Shown here: positions 22,824 to 32,203 of the stretch, piece by piece | How positions within the stretch are numbered: position 1 is the first letter of the stretch | Layout of the letters: every line of letters starts with the position of its first letter | Notes under the pieces: model-generated | Seen by the model: the letters and a program-made list of their open reading frames with translations, nothing else | What the model was told of the DNA's origin: nothing | Database searches by the model: none | Program-made: the position numbers and the translations under genes | Assembly (NCBI GenBank): GCA_963804995.1 | Contig: CAWDSK010000006.1 | Coordinates: 864,001-928,000, forward strand | Length of the DNA stretch: 64,000 nucleotides | Direction: 5' to 3' | From: an uncultured Acidobacteriota bacterium | GTDB taxonomy: Bacteria > Acidobacteriota > Terriglobia > UBA7540

Positions 22824-22873
22824 CAGCCCTGAAAAGGCTGGCGTCGGCGGTTCAACTCCGTCCCGCGGCACCA
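22824..22873 (+). tRNA. 3' fragment of tRNA-Phe(GAA), att-like
   Basis: CAGCC-CTGAAAA-GGCTG anticodon arm, GGCGG-TTCAACT-CCGTC T arm, CCGCGGC-A-CCA end. No matching 5' acceptor strand or D arm. Confidence 0.85.
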
Positions 22874-23265
22874 ACTATCTTGCGGCCACACCTCCCCTCA
22901 GCAAATCCCAATCACACTCCTCAAGATAGAACGGACGGCTTCTTCGCCAGCATACATTCACACCCCTGACGTAGAAGAACCCCAGACCTCAAACGGCAGA
23001 GGTCCGTGCTGTAGTTGCTGAAGCGCTCGAAGCCGCGTAGCGGCGGCAGAATGTGGCCCATGGCGTGAGAAGGTGTGAAAAAATACCATTTTCACCGCTG
23101 AGACGCTGAGACGCAGAGAAATGAGCTTTTGGTTGCGGCTCCGCCACGCTGCGTCTCTGCCCCTCTGCGGTGAACCTGCCAATTCTTTCGCAAAGGCACG
23201 AGATCTCCACCACAACCTTGCACCCAGGACCGATTTCGGACAATGTGACGCCCATCGCTTACGAT

Positions 23266-23285
23266 TTGGGCTACCGGTAGCCCAA
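23266..23285. repeat. Perfect palindrome, copy 1
   Basis: TTGGGCTACCGGTAGCCCAA; also present at 58626-58645. Confidence 0.9.
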
Positions 23286-23402
23286 GTGTACATCTTTTTT
23301 ATATAATTACACCAACTATAAATGTTAATATAAATGTGAAGTGTCAGGCGCTGAGTGCCAAGTACTAGGTGCTTGGGGCTGAGGGCTGGGGAGAAGCCGT
23401 AA

Positions 23403-23546
23403 GCAGCGAGCGTTTTTTGCGAGTCCCGACAAGTCGGGATGGGCAGCGAGCGCTTTTTGCGAGTCCCGACAAGTCGGGATGGGCAGCGAGCGCTTTTTGC
23501 GAGTCCCGACAAGTCGGGAAAGGCAGCGAGCGGGATTTGCGAGTCC
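23403..23546 (+). repeat. 40-bp tandem repeat (about 3.6 copies) with internal hairpin
   Basis: GCAGCGAGCGCTTTTTGCGAGTCCCGACAAGTCGGGATGG; no spacers. Confidence 0.9.
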
Positions 23547-23769
23547 TAGTGGGCCAGGGTGGACAGCATGCTGACTCCTGATTTCCAACTTCTGATTCCA
23601 GAAATCTGACTAGTGCATGAAGTCAACGGTAAGTTGTCGCCTGTGAGCTGTCAGCCCTAAAAGGTAATTCCAACTTCTGGGAAGTCCGCCGCGTCACCAG
23701 CCGGCTGCTGAAAATCATACCCCGAGAGCGCAGAATGGAACCCGTGGAAGCGAGCAGAGAGGACCTACT

Positions 23770-24040
23770 AACCCATGATATAGTAGAAAACAAAGGTACT
23801 TAGCGGTAAAATGGCAGAAATGTCCAAGCATCTATGTTGCTGAAATTAAATCATATAGCTCGTGCGAACGGCCTGGGAGCAGTGAAACAGGGGGAATTAA
23901 AAATGAAGGATGAACCCATCATGTTGTTGAAAACACATGTAGAAAAAATGTCGGTTTTGCGCTAACCCATGATGTTTATGAAAAATAAGCTAGTTATCGT
24001 CGCTAACCCATGATGTCTATGAAAAGAAAGGGAGTTATAA
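23770..24040 (+). repeat. AT-rich degenerate direct-repeat array
   Basis: Five copies resembling AACCCATGATGTTNNTGAAAANAAAG. Confidence 0.8.
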
Positions 24041-24083
24041 CTTTTTTTCACCACGGAAGGGGTTGATCCTGACAAGCAGAGAA

Positions 24084-24436
24084 GTGAGTAAGAATGGTTT
24101 CGCAGCGTCGGGCCTTGATGCAGATCTGGCCGTGGTCAAGACGCCAAACGGCCATCCCCCGACCTCAGGGCACTCGCTCATTCTCATTTGCCGGCCACCC
24201 ACACTCCCCCGCATCGCTTATCGGCGGAAGGAGGCAGCGAGGTGAGTAAAGATAGTTCCGCGACACCGGTTCTTGATGCAGCGATGGCCGCGGTCAAGGC
24301 ACCAAACGACCGACCGATCACCGAGCCCTCGCTGCTCCCCCTGCATCGGCCGCCCACACTCCCCTGCATCGCTTATCGGCGGAAGGAGGCAGCGAGGTGA
24401 GTAAAGATAGTTCCGCGACACCAGTTCTTAATGCAG
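24084..24436 (+). repeat. 155-158-bp tandem repeat (about 2.3 copies)
   Basis: Units start GTGAGTAA at 24084, 24242 and 24397. Confidence 0.85.
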
Positions 24437-24614
24437 GGCCTGCGTGCGGTTCGCGGAGCAACTCGACAACCTGCAATCACCGGAGAATCTCGCGGCGCTG
24501 GTGGCTCCCCAGGACGAAAAATCGCTGCTCATGCAAAGAATGGAAGATTCCAACCTGCGCCAATTGTGGCGGCTTACGAACGTGCTATTTAAGGTCCGCA
24601 ACGGAGCGCTGACC

Positions 24615-26559
24615 GGTTCTGTCAAAAGTTTTATGAAAGGTAATGAAGGGTCGGGAGGTGGGTAGAGCTGGGGGATTTGCCCCCAGACCCCCAGGATTTA
24701 TCGCTTTGGTGCCAAGATGGGTCTGGACTGGGGGAGCGAGTGGGGCTCGCTCCCGACCGATCTCGGCCCCGGGGTCGGCGCTCAGGTCGCATCCCTGCGG
24801 AGCCCTATCCTCCGCCCCGGCCACCGCGAAGTTTACTCCCACCGGGCTCAGGCCGCCAGGGCGAGAGCGAGGATCTTGTTCCACTGGCCTTGCAAGGTGG
24901 TGAGGGAACTCAACTCCGGCAAGGGGATGGGTACGCGGTAGCCCAGGGCCAGATGGGGGCGAAGGAAGTTGTAGTGGGTGACGAACAGGGTGGTGAGGGC
25001 CACGGCGCCGTTGCGCGTGGCAAAGCCGCAAGCCGGGCGGACGTGGTATTTGTAGGTGCGATTGAGACGTTCGATGAGTTGCTTGAAGGGGCGGAATTCC
25101 TTGGAGACCGCGTCGAGGTTTTCCAGGCCGATGACCTGCCGCAAGGTATGGGGAGGTTGGGAAGCGGTGCGGTGAGCGTTGAGGAAGTGTACGCCGGCCT
25201 GATAAGCGGGGTTGCCGTCGGTGATGAAACGCAGGGCCTGATCTTCGGGCAAGGTGCGCGCGGCCTCGCCCAGGGCCACGGTGGCGGCCAAGGCATCGCG
25301 CTCCGGCGCCACGTGATAGGACGTGATGCGATGCCCTTGGGGATCGAGAAAGAAGAACGTGTATGGGTGCTTCCCCGCGACGCGAATATAAGTCTCGTCG
25401 CCGGTGGCGGTGGCGCTGAGCGGGGCTTTGTAGCGGAGGTTGAAGGCGTGGCAGTAGTAAGCGGCGGCCTGGGCATAGTTGAGAACGGACTGGTAGCTGA
25501 GAGGCACGCCGAAGACTTGCCGCAGGACCTGGGCGGTCTTGCGGGCGGAGAGGGCGAAAGAGATGTGGAAGGCCAACACCAGGCCCAAGACATCGGAAGA
25601 ACGATGCAGACGGGTGAGGTCGACGGTGGGCGGATCGGGAGCGGTGGGGGCCAGTTGGGCGGGTTGAAAGTGGTATTCGCGATACTGGTAACGCAGCTTG
25701 AACTGCGTGCGGCGCAGCTTCTGGAGCAACTTCTCGTTCCAGTGCAGGGCTTGCTGCTTCTGGAGATAGTGAGGACAACGCTCGCCAGGACATTTGTAGA
25801 TGGTGCAATCGGCACGCTGCTTCCAGCGGAAGAGGGAGCTGCCGCAGTAGGGGCACCAGTAAGGAGTTTTCGTCGGGCGATGACGACGAGCGATTTGCGA
25901 CAGCCGGCCACAGACTTTGCAGCGCAGTTGGCGGGCGTGACGGCCATCGTTGAGGTAGAGGAAGTCGCGCGGTGCGCCGCAGTGGGCACAACGACAAGTG
26001 GGAGGCAGGGGGTGGGCGCCAGAACGCTGAATCGGAGCCAACGGTCGGCGGTGCTGGCGCTGGTACTGAGCCAGCAACTGCCGCCAGTTCCAGGTGCGAG
26101 GTGCCGGAGGCGGCTGGGTCAAGGGAGCCAGAGGGTCAACGTAGAAGTCGCGATAGTGTGGATGCTGCTGGCGAAAGTCGTCGCGGGGTTGAGGCTCGGG
26201 CTGGCGCCCGGCGAGAATCTCTTGCAGTTGCTCGACCAGTTCCTGCAAATCCTGGCGGGTAAATTTCCTACAGAGCCAAAGCACCAATCGTGGTATCTTG
26301 CCCATGGCGGTGAGTCTCTCGGGAACCTGGCGGGTTCCCTACAAGGTGGATTGGGAAAGAGAGACTTCACCGCCCTTTTTGTTTGCCGTCAAGCCCCACG
26401 ACGCAGTTACGTCCAGGAACTTAAGCGCGGCAACCCGACCGCACCTCACGCCAACGTCCTAGTCAAGCGCACCCGGAGGGGGGAGAAAGCAGAAAATCCA
26501 GTTTCTCCCAGCAATTCAATGGGTTATCGCCTTAGGGGACAAAAATTCTTGACACAACC
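24615..26559 (-). mobile_element. IS6-like element, copy 1 (1945 bp), 8-bp TSD CGCTGACC
   Basis: IRs GGTTCTGTCAAAAGTTTT and AAAATTCTTGACACAACC; TSD at 24607-24614 and 26560-26567. Confidence 0.9.
24848..26305 (-). CDS. DDE transposase (IS6/IS240-like core) with N-terminal Cys-rich Zn ribbons
   Basis: DETY, ITDG and IERLNRT motifs; several CxxC pairs. Confidence 0.9.
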   Translation of the reverse strand: MGKIPRLVLWLCRKFTRQDLQELVEQLQEILAGRQPEPQPRDDFRQQHPHYRDFYVDPLAPLTQPPPAPRTWNWRQLLAQYQRQHRRPLAPIQRSGAHPLPPTCRCAHCGAPRDFLYLNDGRHARQLRCKVCGRLSQIARRHRPTKTPYWCPYCGSSLFRWKQRADCTIYKCPGERCPHYLQKQQALHWNEKLLQKLRRTQFKLRYQYREYHFQPAQLAPTAPDPPTVDLTRLHRSSDVLGLVLAFHISFALSARKTAQVLRQVFGVPLSYQSVLNYAQAAAYYCHAFNLRYKAPLSATATGDETYIRVAGKHPYTFFFLDPQGHRITSYHVAPERDALAATVALGEAARTLPEDQALRFITDGNPAYQAGVHFLNAHRTASQPPHTLRQVIGLENLDAVSKEFRPFKQLIERLNRTYKYHVRPACGFATRNGAVALTTLFVTHYNFLRPHLALGYRVPIPLPELSSLTTLQGQWNKILALALAA

Positions 26560-27037
26560 CGCTGACCCATAGAGATGTTAAAAATGAAGATCGACCCGGG
26601 GATGTGTATGAAAACAAAGGCGAGGATGACAAAATGTCGTGCAATTTACCAGTGTTTTTCCAAGAAAATGCAGAAATTTCACGATAATTCACACCATTGA
26701 ACAGATTTTTGACAGAAATTACGGGTTGCGCGGTAATTCGGGGCAAAGGCAGATGGCTTTTTTTGAAGACAAAAATGAGCATATCGCGCTACTCGCGGGC
26801 AGGGGCATAAATTCGCGCGAATCCAGAGGGTGCAACCCGGGTTGGATTGTGTTGGCGAAATGGCCTTCCAATGGAAAGGCAAATGCCGGAGGCGGACCGG
26901 CCTGTTCCTGCGGTGGCTGCCGCGTCCCTGACGTAGCACAGGGAAAAAATCCGCGCCTGTCATGGGTTGAATTTCGCAGCCTGGCAGGGCCGACCGAGTA
27001 CTGTGGGGTGGCAGGTCGCCCCAAAGCGGAGCAGCAA

Positions 27038-27051
27038 TTGATAAACATCAG
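27038..27051. promoter_or_regulatory. Putative FNR box
   Basis: TTGAT-AAAC-ATCAG (9/10 match to TTGAT-N4-ATCAA), upstream of a gene run ending in a Crp/Fnr regulator. Confidence 0.5.
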
Positions 27052-27187
27052 AAAACAGAACCCTAACGTGCTTCTTCCTCCCTGGGCATCGAGTACCCCC
27101 CTATTTTTGCAAAATGTCAATTCTGGCAGATAGATTGCGGCAACTCGTACTGGGAACATTCTTAATTCGTCGTGACAGGAGGGGAAG

Positions 27188-27673
27188 ATGACCATACCCC
27201 AACGAATCATCGACTTTTTGGATTCCCAGAACGTCCCTTTCGAGACGCTCCACCACTCGCAAGCCTTCACCGGACAGGAGATCGCTCATTCCCTCCATGT
27301 CTCGGGAAAGAGGTGTGTGAAGGCAGTGGCAGTCGCGGGGGACGATAAGATGGTGCTAGCAGTCATTCCTGCCTCGCACCGGTTGAATTTTCAAGAACTG
27401 AGGGCCGCGCTGGATGTGAGCCAACTGGAGATGTTGCACGAAGGTGAGCTGGTTGGACTCTTTCCGGACTGTGACCTTGGCGCCGTGCCACCCTTCGGTA
27501 ATCTATACGGGATTGAGGTATGGGTCGACCGGGCCGTGGCGGATGCAGAGGAAATCGTGTTCTGTGCGGGAAGTCACGAAGACTGCATTCGCATGCGTTA
27601 CTCGGACTTTTCGAGAGTGACCCTGCCTCGCTTGGGCCGGTTCTCTGAAATGGGAATGGCCAAGGCAGCCTGA
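27188..27673 (+). CDS. YbaK/ProX aminoacyl-tRNA deacylase family protein
   Basis: VKAV, GAVPPFG and AGSH motifs. Confidence 0.9.
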   Translation: MTIPQRIIDFLDSQNVPFETLHHSQAFTGQEIAHSLHVSGKRCVKAVAVAGDDKMVLAVIPASHRLNFQELRAALDVSQLEMLHEGELVGLFPDCDLGAVPPFGNLYGIEVWVDRAVADAEEIVFCAGSHEDCIRMRYSDFSRVTLPRLGRFSEMGMAKAA

Positions 27674-27797
27674 GCTGGTTTGCGTGAACGTTTGCTTCCA
27701 TTCTCTTCCCCCCTCCGCTGCCCACGCCGGGCACGAGAGGGGTAGTTTGCCCTGCAAAGTTCATACATTGGTTGTATCAAGTTCATAGGAGTGCTTA

Positions 27798-29090
27798 ATG
27801 CTCAGTCTGAAAGAGGAATTGGAACAACAGATCCCCGCACTGCGGGAGGAAGCCCGCCAGCTCATTAAGGAGCACGGGGAGAAAGTCATTTCCCAGGTCA
27901 CGGTAGGCCAGGTTTTCGGAGGGATGCGCGGCATCCGAGGCTTGGTGTGCGATACCTCAGTTGTCGATCCTGACCGGGGATTGTCCGTCCGGGGAATCCC
28001 CATCGGAGAGCTTGCCGACCGCCTTCCCGAAGAGATCTTCTACCTGCTTTGCACCGGAAAGTTGCCCGACGCCAAGGCTCTCGCCTCGCTACAGGCAGAA
28101 TTCCGCAAGCGCGCGCACGTGTCACCTTATGTCTGGAACGTCCTGGAAGCGATGCCGAAAGATTCCCATCCCATGACGATGTTCAGCACCGCCATCCTGG
28201 TGATGGAGAGGGACTCCTCGTTCCGCCGCTGTTACTCCCACGGGATGCCCAAGGACAGCTACTGGCAAGCCACGTTGGAGGATTCCCTGCAACTGCTGGC
28301 CAAGCTTCCCGCGGTGGCAGCGGGAATCTATCGCCTGCACTCGCACCGGGGTACGCCGCTGCCCTCCGACCCCAGACTGGACTGGGCGGCCGACTACGCG
28401 CAGATGCTGGGCTTGACCGATCATAGCGGCGAATTCGCCAACCTGATGCGGCTCTACCTGACCTTGCACTGTGACCATGAGGGAGGAAACGTCAGCGCCT
28501 TCACGTGTCAGACCGTCGGATCAGCGCTTTCCGATCCCTATTATGCTGTCTCCGCAGGCTTGAACGGCCTGGCGGGGCCACTCCATGGACTAGCCAACCA
28601 GGAGTGCCTGCACTTCGTACTCGCCGTCCGCAAGGAGTTCAACGGGGTTCCCAGCGACGAGCAATTGCGCGAGTATGCTTGGAGTACCCTCAAGGCTGGT
28701 CGCGTGATTCCCGGTTACGGCCACGCTGTGCTGCGCATCACCGATCCGCGCTTTGCGGCCTTCCACAAATTCGGCGAACGCGTTTGCGCCAACGATGAAA
28801 TCTTCCGCATCGTCGACCGGGTCTTTGCCGTCGTCCCCGAAGTGCTGCGGGAACAGGGTAAGGCCAAGGATCCCTGGCCCAATGTCGATGCCATTTCCGG
28901 CTCCCTGCTGCATCACTTCGGCCTGACGGAGTTTGATTATTACACCGTTCTGTTCGGAGTCTCGCGCGCGCTGGGATTGTGTGCCCAGTTGGTCCTGAAT
29001 CGAGCCCTGGGTATGCCCATCACGCGGCCAAAGTCGGTTAGCACTGAATGGATCAAGTCGAATTCTCAGAAGGCCCAACAGGCCGCCTGA
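27798..29090 (+). CDS. gltA: Citrate (Si)-synthase, eukaryote/Geobacter-like type
   Basis: GGMRGI, DHEGGNVSA, GPLHGLANQE, PGYGHAVLR, WPNVDA and RPKS motifs. Confidence 0.93.
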   Translation: MLSLKEELEQQIPALREEARQLIKEHGEKVISQVTVGQVFGGMRGIRGLVCDTSVVDPDRGLSVRGIPIGELADRLPEEIFYLLCTGKLPDAKALASLQAEFRKRAHVSPYVWNVLEAMPKDSHPMTMFSTAILVMERDSSFRRCYSHGMPKDSYWQATLEDSLQLLAKLPAVAAGIYRLHSHRGTPLPSDPRLDWAADYAQMLGLTDHSGEFANLMRLYLTLHCDHEGGNVSAFTCQTVGSALSDPYYAVSAGLNGLAGPLHGLANQECLHFVLAVRKEFNGVPSDEQLREYAWSTLKAGRVIPGYGHAVLRITDPRFAAFHKFGERVCANDEIFRIVDRVFAVVPEVLREQGKAKDPWPNVDAISGSLLHHFGLTEFDYYTVLFGVSRALGLCAQLVLNRALGMPITRPKSVSTEWIKSNSQKAQQAA

Positions 29091-29161
29091 GAATATCGGT
29101 AGGGAAAACTTGTTTCCCCAGGAAGAATTACCGTTTGGGGAGTTTTCCAGAGGAGAATGTC

Positions 29162-29851
29162 ATGGGGCCTGGATGCACCAACTGTCCCGTCTTGAAAACC
29201 TCGCTGTTTCGCAGCATGAAGAGTGACGATATCCAACGACTAGGCTGCGTGTTCCGGCCTGCTCGCTATCGCCGGAACCAGATCCTGTTCTTCGAGGGAG
29301 GGGTGGCTCAACATCTGTTCGCGCTCCACTCCGGTCTGGTCAAGGTCGTGAAATCCCTCGAGAATGGAAAGGATCGGATCACCGGGGTCCTCTTCCCGGG
29401 TGAACTGTTCGGTCTTGAGGCGCTTACCGACGCCGCCTACCCCCTCACTGCCGTGGCCCTGCGGGATTGCGAGATTTGCGCGGCGCCGCGCGAAGAGTTT
29501 TCCACCTTCCTGCAAACCAATCCCGGGGTCGCCATTGGCATGGTTCAGTTTCTGATCGGCGAACTGGAGCGCATTCGGAAGCAAGTGACCGACATGAGCT
29601 TCAAGGATGCCCGCATGAAGGTGGCAACCTTTCTCCTCTCCCTGGTCACTTCCGACACGCCAACCAACAATGGCTCAGTGAACTTGACTTTGCCGCTCTC
29701 CCGCCAGGAGATCAGTGAGGTTCTGGAGCTATCACCGGAGACCGTGAGCCGAACCTTGAGCTCGTTCCGTCGTGAACAGCTCGTGATGGCGCGCGGAAGG
29801 CACCTGGTGATTCAGAATCGCGCTGGCTTGGAGGGCGTGGCGCATCGTTAG
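29162..29851 (+). CDS. Crp/Fnr family regulator with N-terminal CxxC
   Basis: CTNC, GELFG and SRQEI...ETVSR HTH. Confidence 0.92.
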   Translation: MGPGCTNCPVLKTSLFRSMKSDDIQRLGCVFRPARYRRNQILFFEGGVAQHLFALHSGLVKVVKSLENGKDRITGVLFPGELFGLEALTDAAYPLTAVALRDCEICAAPREEFSTFLQTNPGVAIGMVQFLIGELERIRKQVTDMSFKDARMKVATFLLSLVTSDTPTNNGSVNLTLPLSRQEISEVLELSPETVSRTLSSFRREQLVMARGRHLVIQNRAGLEGVAHR

Positions 29852-30270
29852 GGTTGCCGGTCGCGAAATTGCCCGTCCCATTTTGCCACGATTTGGGTCA
29901 CGAGGATTTTTGGTGGGACTAGGGCCGCTACGCCCCTGTAAGAGTAACATCTGGGACATCCGTGAGGGCCATAATGTCCGATGGAGTCGGGTCTTCACTC
30001 CTGACTTGAGTGGCAAGTGAGCCCGCCGTGGCGGTGGGTTTCGGCATACGGGATACGGAGTTCGGGAGACGGGTTTCGGGATTCGGGACTAACTGTTGGT
30101 TGTCGGCTGTAAGCTGTAAGCTCCCACGCTCCCTTCCTGCCGCGCGATCATGTCCGCAAACAACGGACTTATTGTCATCATCCAACTCTTGGTTTGCCCT
30201 ACTGCATAAACCCCAACCCTAACAAATAAAACAATTACATCTTGGCGATTGAGTTGCAGCAGAGTCGTTT

Positions 30271-31896
30271 ATGACAAGTGTCATCGACACTCATCTTGAG
30301 ACCCTGTTACGGTCATTGCTTGCGTCGGGTCTTGGGTATTGGAGACTGATCGTGGGGCCGCCTGGAACCCGCCGAGCCTCATTGCTGTCCCGGACGATGA
30401 GGTACCGCCAAACCGTATCCTCTCCTCCGAGTCCTCTGACCAGGGTTGTGTCACCGATGGGCCAAATTGCACGAGCCTCGCGCCTGATTTTTGTCGCCGC
30501 AGGGGTATGGCTGGTGGTGATGTCAATCCCACGTTGTGCAGCCGCTCAAGCGGGCAGTGCGACAGCGCAGCCCGACCTCGTCATCGTGGAAGCGCCCGTG
30601 GTGCACACTGGGGCACTCGCGAATCGATTCCCTCAAGGGAGCTGCCTGGTACGACTCGCGCAGAAAGGCGCCGCTCCCCTCAACTTGACTCCGGACTTCA
30701 ATGCCGCTTCCGACCCACGCATCTCCTTTGATGGCCTTCGCGTGCTCTTCGCGGGAAAGAGGTCACCGGACGCGCGCTGGCAGATCTGGGAGATGAACGT
30801 CGACGGTACGGGCCAGCGCCAAGTCACCCACTGCACGGACGATTGCTTGCAGCCCGCCTACCTGCCGCGTGGCGAGATAGTCTTCACAGTCGTTTCAGCA
30901 CGCACCACGGGAGCAACTTCGCAGATCTGGGTGTCGAAGGTGGATGGTTCTGACGCCCATCCCATCACCTTTGGGCCAGGTGACTTCCAAGTGGAGACGG
31001 TCCTGAAGAACGGCACGATTCTGACCAGCGCGCGTTCGCCATTGCTTCCCGCCAACGGTCAGCCGGCTGACCGCGAGCTTTACACTCTACGGCCTGACGG
31101 TAGCGGCCTGGCAACGTTGCGCTGCGATCACGAGCACCCCGCAATCCGCAGCCAGGCGGAAGAAATAGACGATGGCTCAGTGGTATTCGTGAAGAGCCCG
31201 CTCCAAGGCGCGAGCTTGGGGGGCGAGCTTGCCTGGATTCGCCGGGGCGCCGTCCACAACGCTTCCCTCACGCCGCCGCAGATCTATGTTTCGTCACCGC
31301 AGCCGCTCTCGGCAGAGGAGCTGGTTGTCGCGCACGAACCGAGTGCAGGCGGCCCGTCGGGAATGAAGCTTGCGCTCTATTCATTTGACACGGCAGACCA
31401 AAAGTTCGGCGCTTTGATCTACCGAGACCCGAAACTCGCCAGCGTCGCCGCCGTACCGGTGGCTGCCCACGAGCCGCCGCGCTGGTATTGGACCACGCTC
31501 AATCCCGCGCTCCAAACGGGCTACTTCGTTTGCCTCGATAGCTACATGGCCCAGGGTGTTCCACACGGGCGGCTCGCGACTGAACTCTCGAAAGTCCGGG
31601 TGCTGACGCTCGACGCCCAAACCCAGCGCGAGGCCAGCCTGGGGGAAGCATCGGTTGAGCGAGACGGTTCGTTCTACATCGCGGTGCCACCTGACCAGCC
31701 CGTGAGATTTGAGCTGCTGGACGGCGCCGGTCGGGTGGTCCGTGCGCAGAAGAGTTGGATCTGGTCGCGTTCCGGCGAAGAGCGAGGCTGCGTGGGCTGC
31801 CACGAAGATCGTGCCCTGGCACCGGAGAATCACTGGCCCCTGGCGCTTCGCCGCTTTGATACGCCCACTCGGTTGGGAGTGGGAAAAGGGAAGTAG
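30271..31896 (+). CDS. Hydrazine synthase alpha-like protein (TolB-like propeller plus monoheme); start likely downstream, near 30457
   Basis: SFDG.RVLFAG, WQIWEMN, LGEASVERDGSF...VPPDQPVRFELLD and CVGCHE. Confidence 0.8.
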   Translation: MTSVIDTHLETLLRSLLASGLGYWRLIVGPPGTRRASLLSRTMRYRQTVSSPPSPLTRVVSPMGQIARASRLIFVAAGVWLVVMSIPRCAAAQAGSATAQPDLVIVEAPVVHTGALANRFPQGSCLVRLAQKGAAPLNLTPDFNAASDPRISFDGLRVLFAGKRSPDARWQIWEMNVDGTGQRQVTHCTDDCLQPAYLPRGEIVFTVVSARTTGATSQIWVSKVDGSDAHPITFGPGDFQVETVLKNGTILTSARSPLLPANGQPADRELYTLRPDGSGLATLRCDHEHPAIRSQAEEIDDGSVVFVKSPLQGASLGGELAWIRRGAVHNASLTPPQIYVSSPQPLSAEELVVAHEPSAGGPSGMKLALYSFDTADQKFGALIYRDPKLASVAAVPVAAHEPPRWYWTTLNPALQTGYFVCLDSYMAQGVPHGRLATELSKVRVLTLDAQTQREASLGEASVERDGSFYIAVPPDQPVRFELLDGAGRVVRAQKSWIWSRSGEERGCVGCHEDRALAPENHWPLALRRFDTPTRLGVGKGK

Positions 31897-32203
31897 GCAG
31901 TAGGCAGTGGGCTGTGGCGGATAGGCGGTAGGTAAAAGCGGAAGGCGATTCCGAGGGAGGGAAGAGCAAGGCAAAAGGCAAAGTGCAAAATGCAAAAGGC
32001 AAAAGTACAGGACGGACAGGAATGATTCAAACTAATTTCGGTTCATCGCGTCGCGAAGAACACGTCAAAAGGCAAAGCCGGGACCAAAGATTGCCAGGTC
32101 CGGCGAAAGCGGTTTTTGGGTTTCTACTTTTGCCTTTTGCATTTTGCACTTTGCCTTTTGACTTCGCACTTCCTACCGCCCATCACCGGGAAGTAAGGAA
32201 CTA

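Noticed and set aside
22801..22873. Complete tRNA, or tRNA-Sec supporting the selenoprotein
   Set aside because: The anticodon is GAA with a short variable loop, and the 5' half is missing.
23403..24040. CRISPR array
   Set aside because: The first repeat has no spacers, the second is degenerate with irregular spacing, and there are no cas genes in the window.
24677..26572. 631-aa plus-strand ORF and other long overlapping ORFs (also 59136-61031)
   Set aside because: Antisense or alternative-frame shadows of the GC-rich transposase gene.
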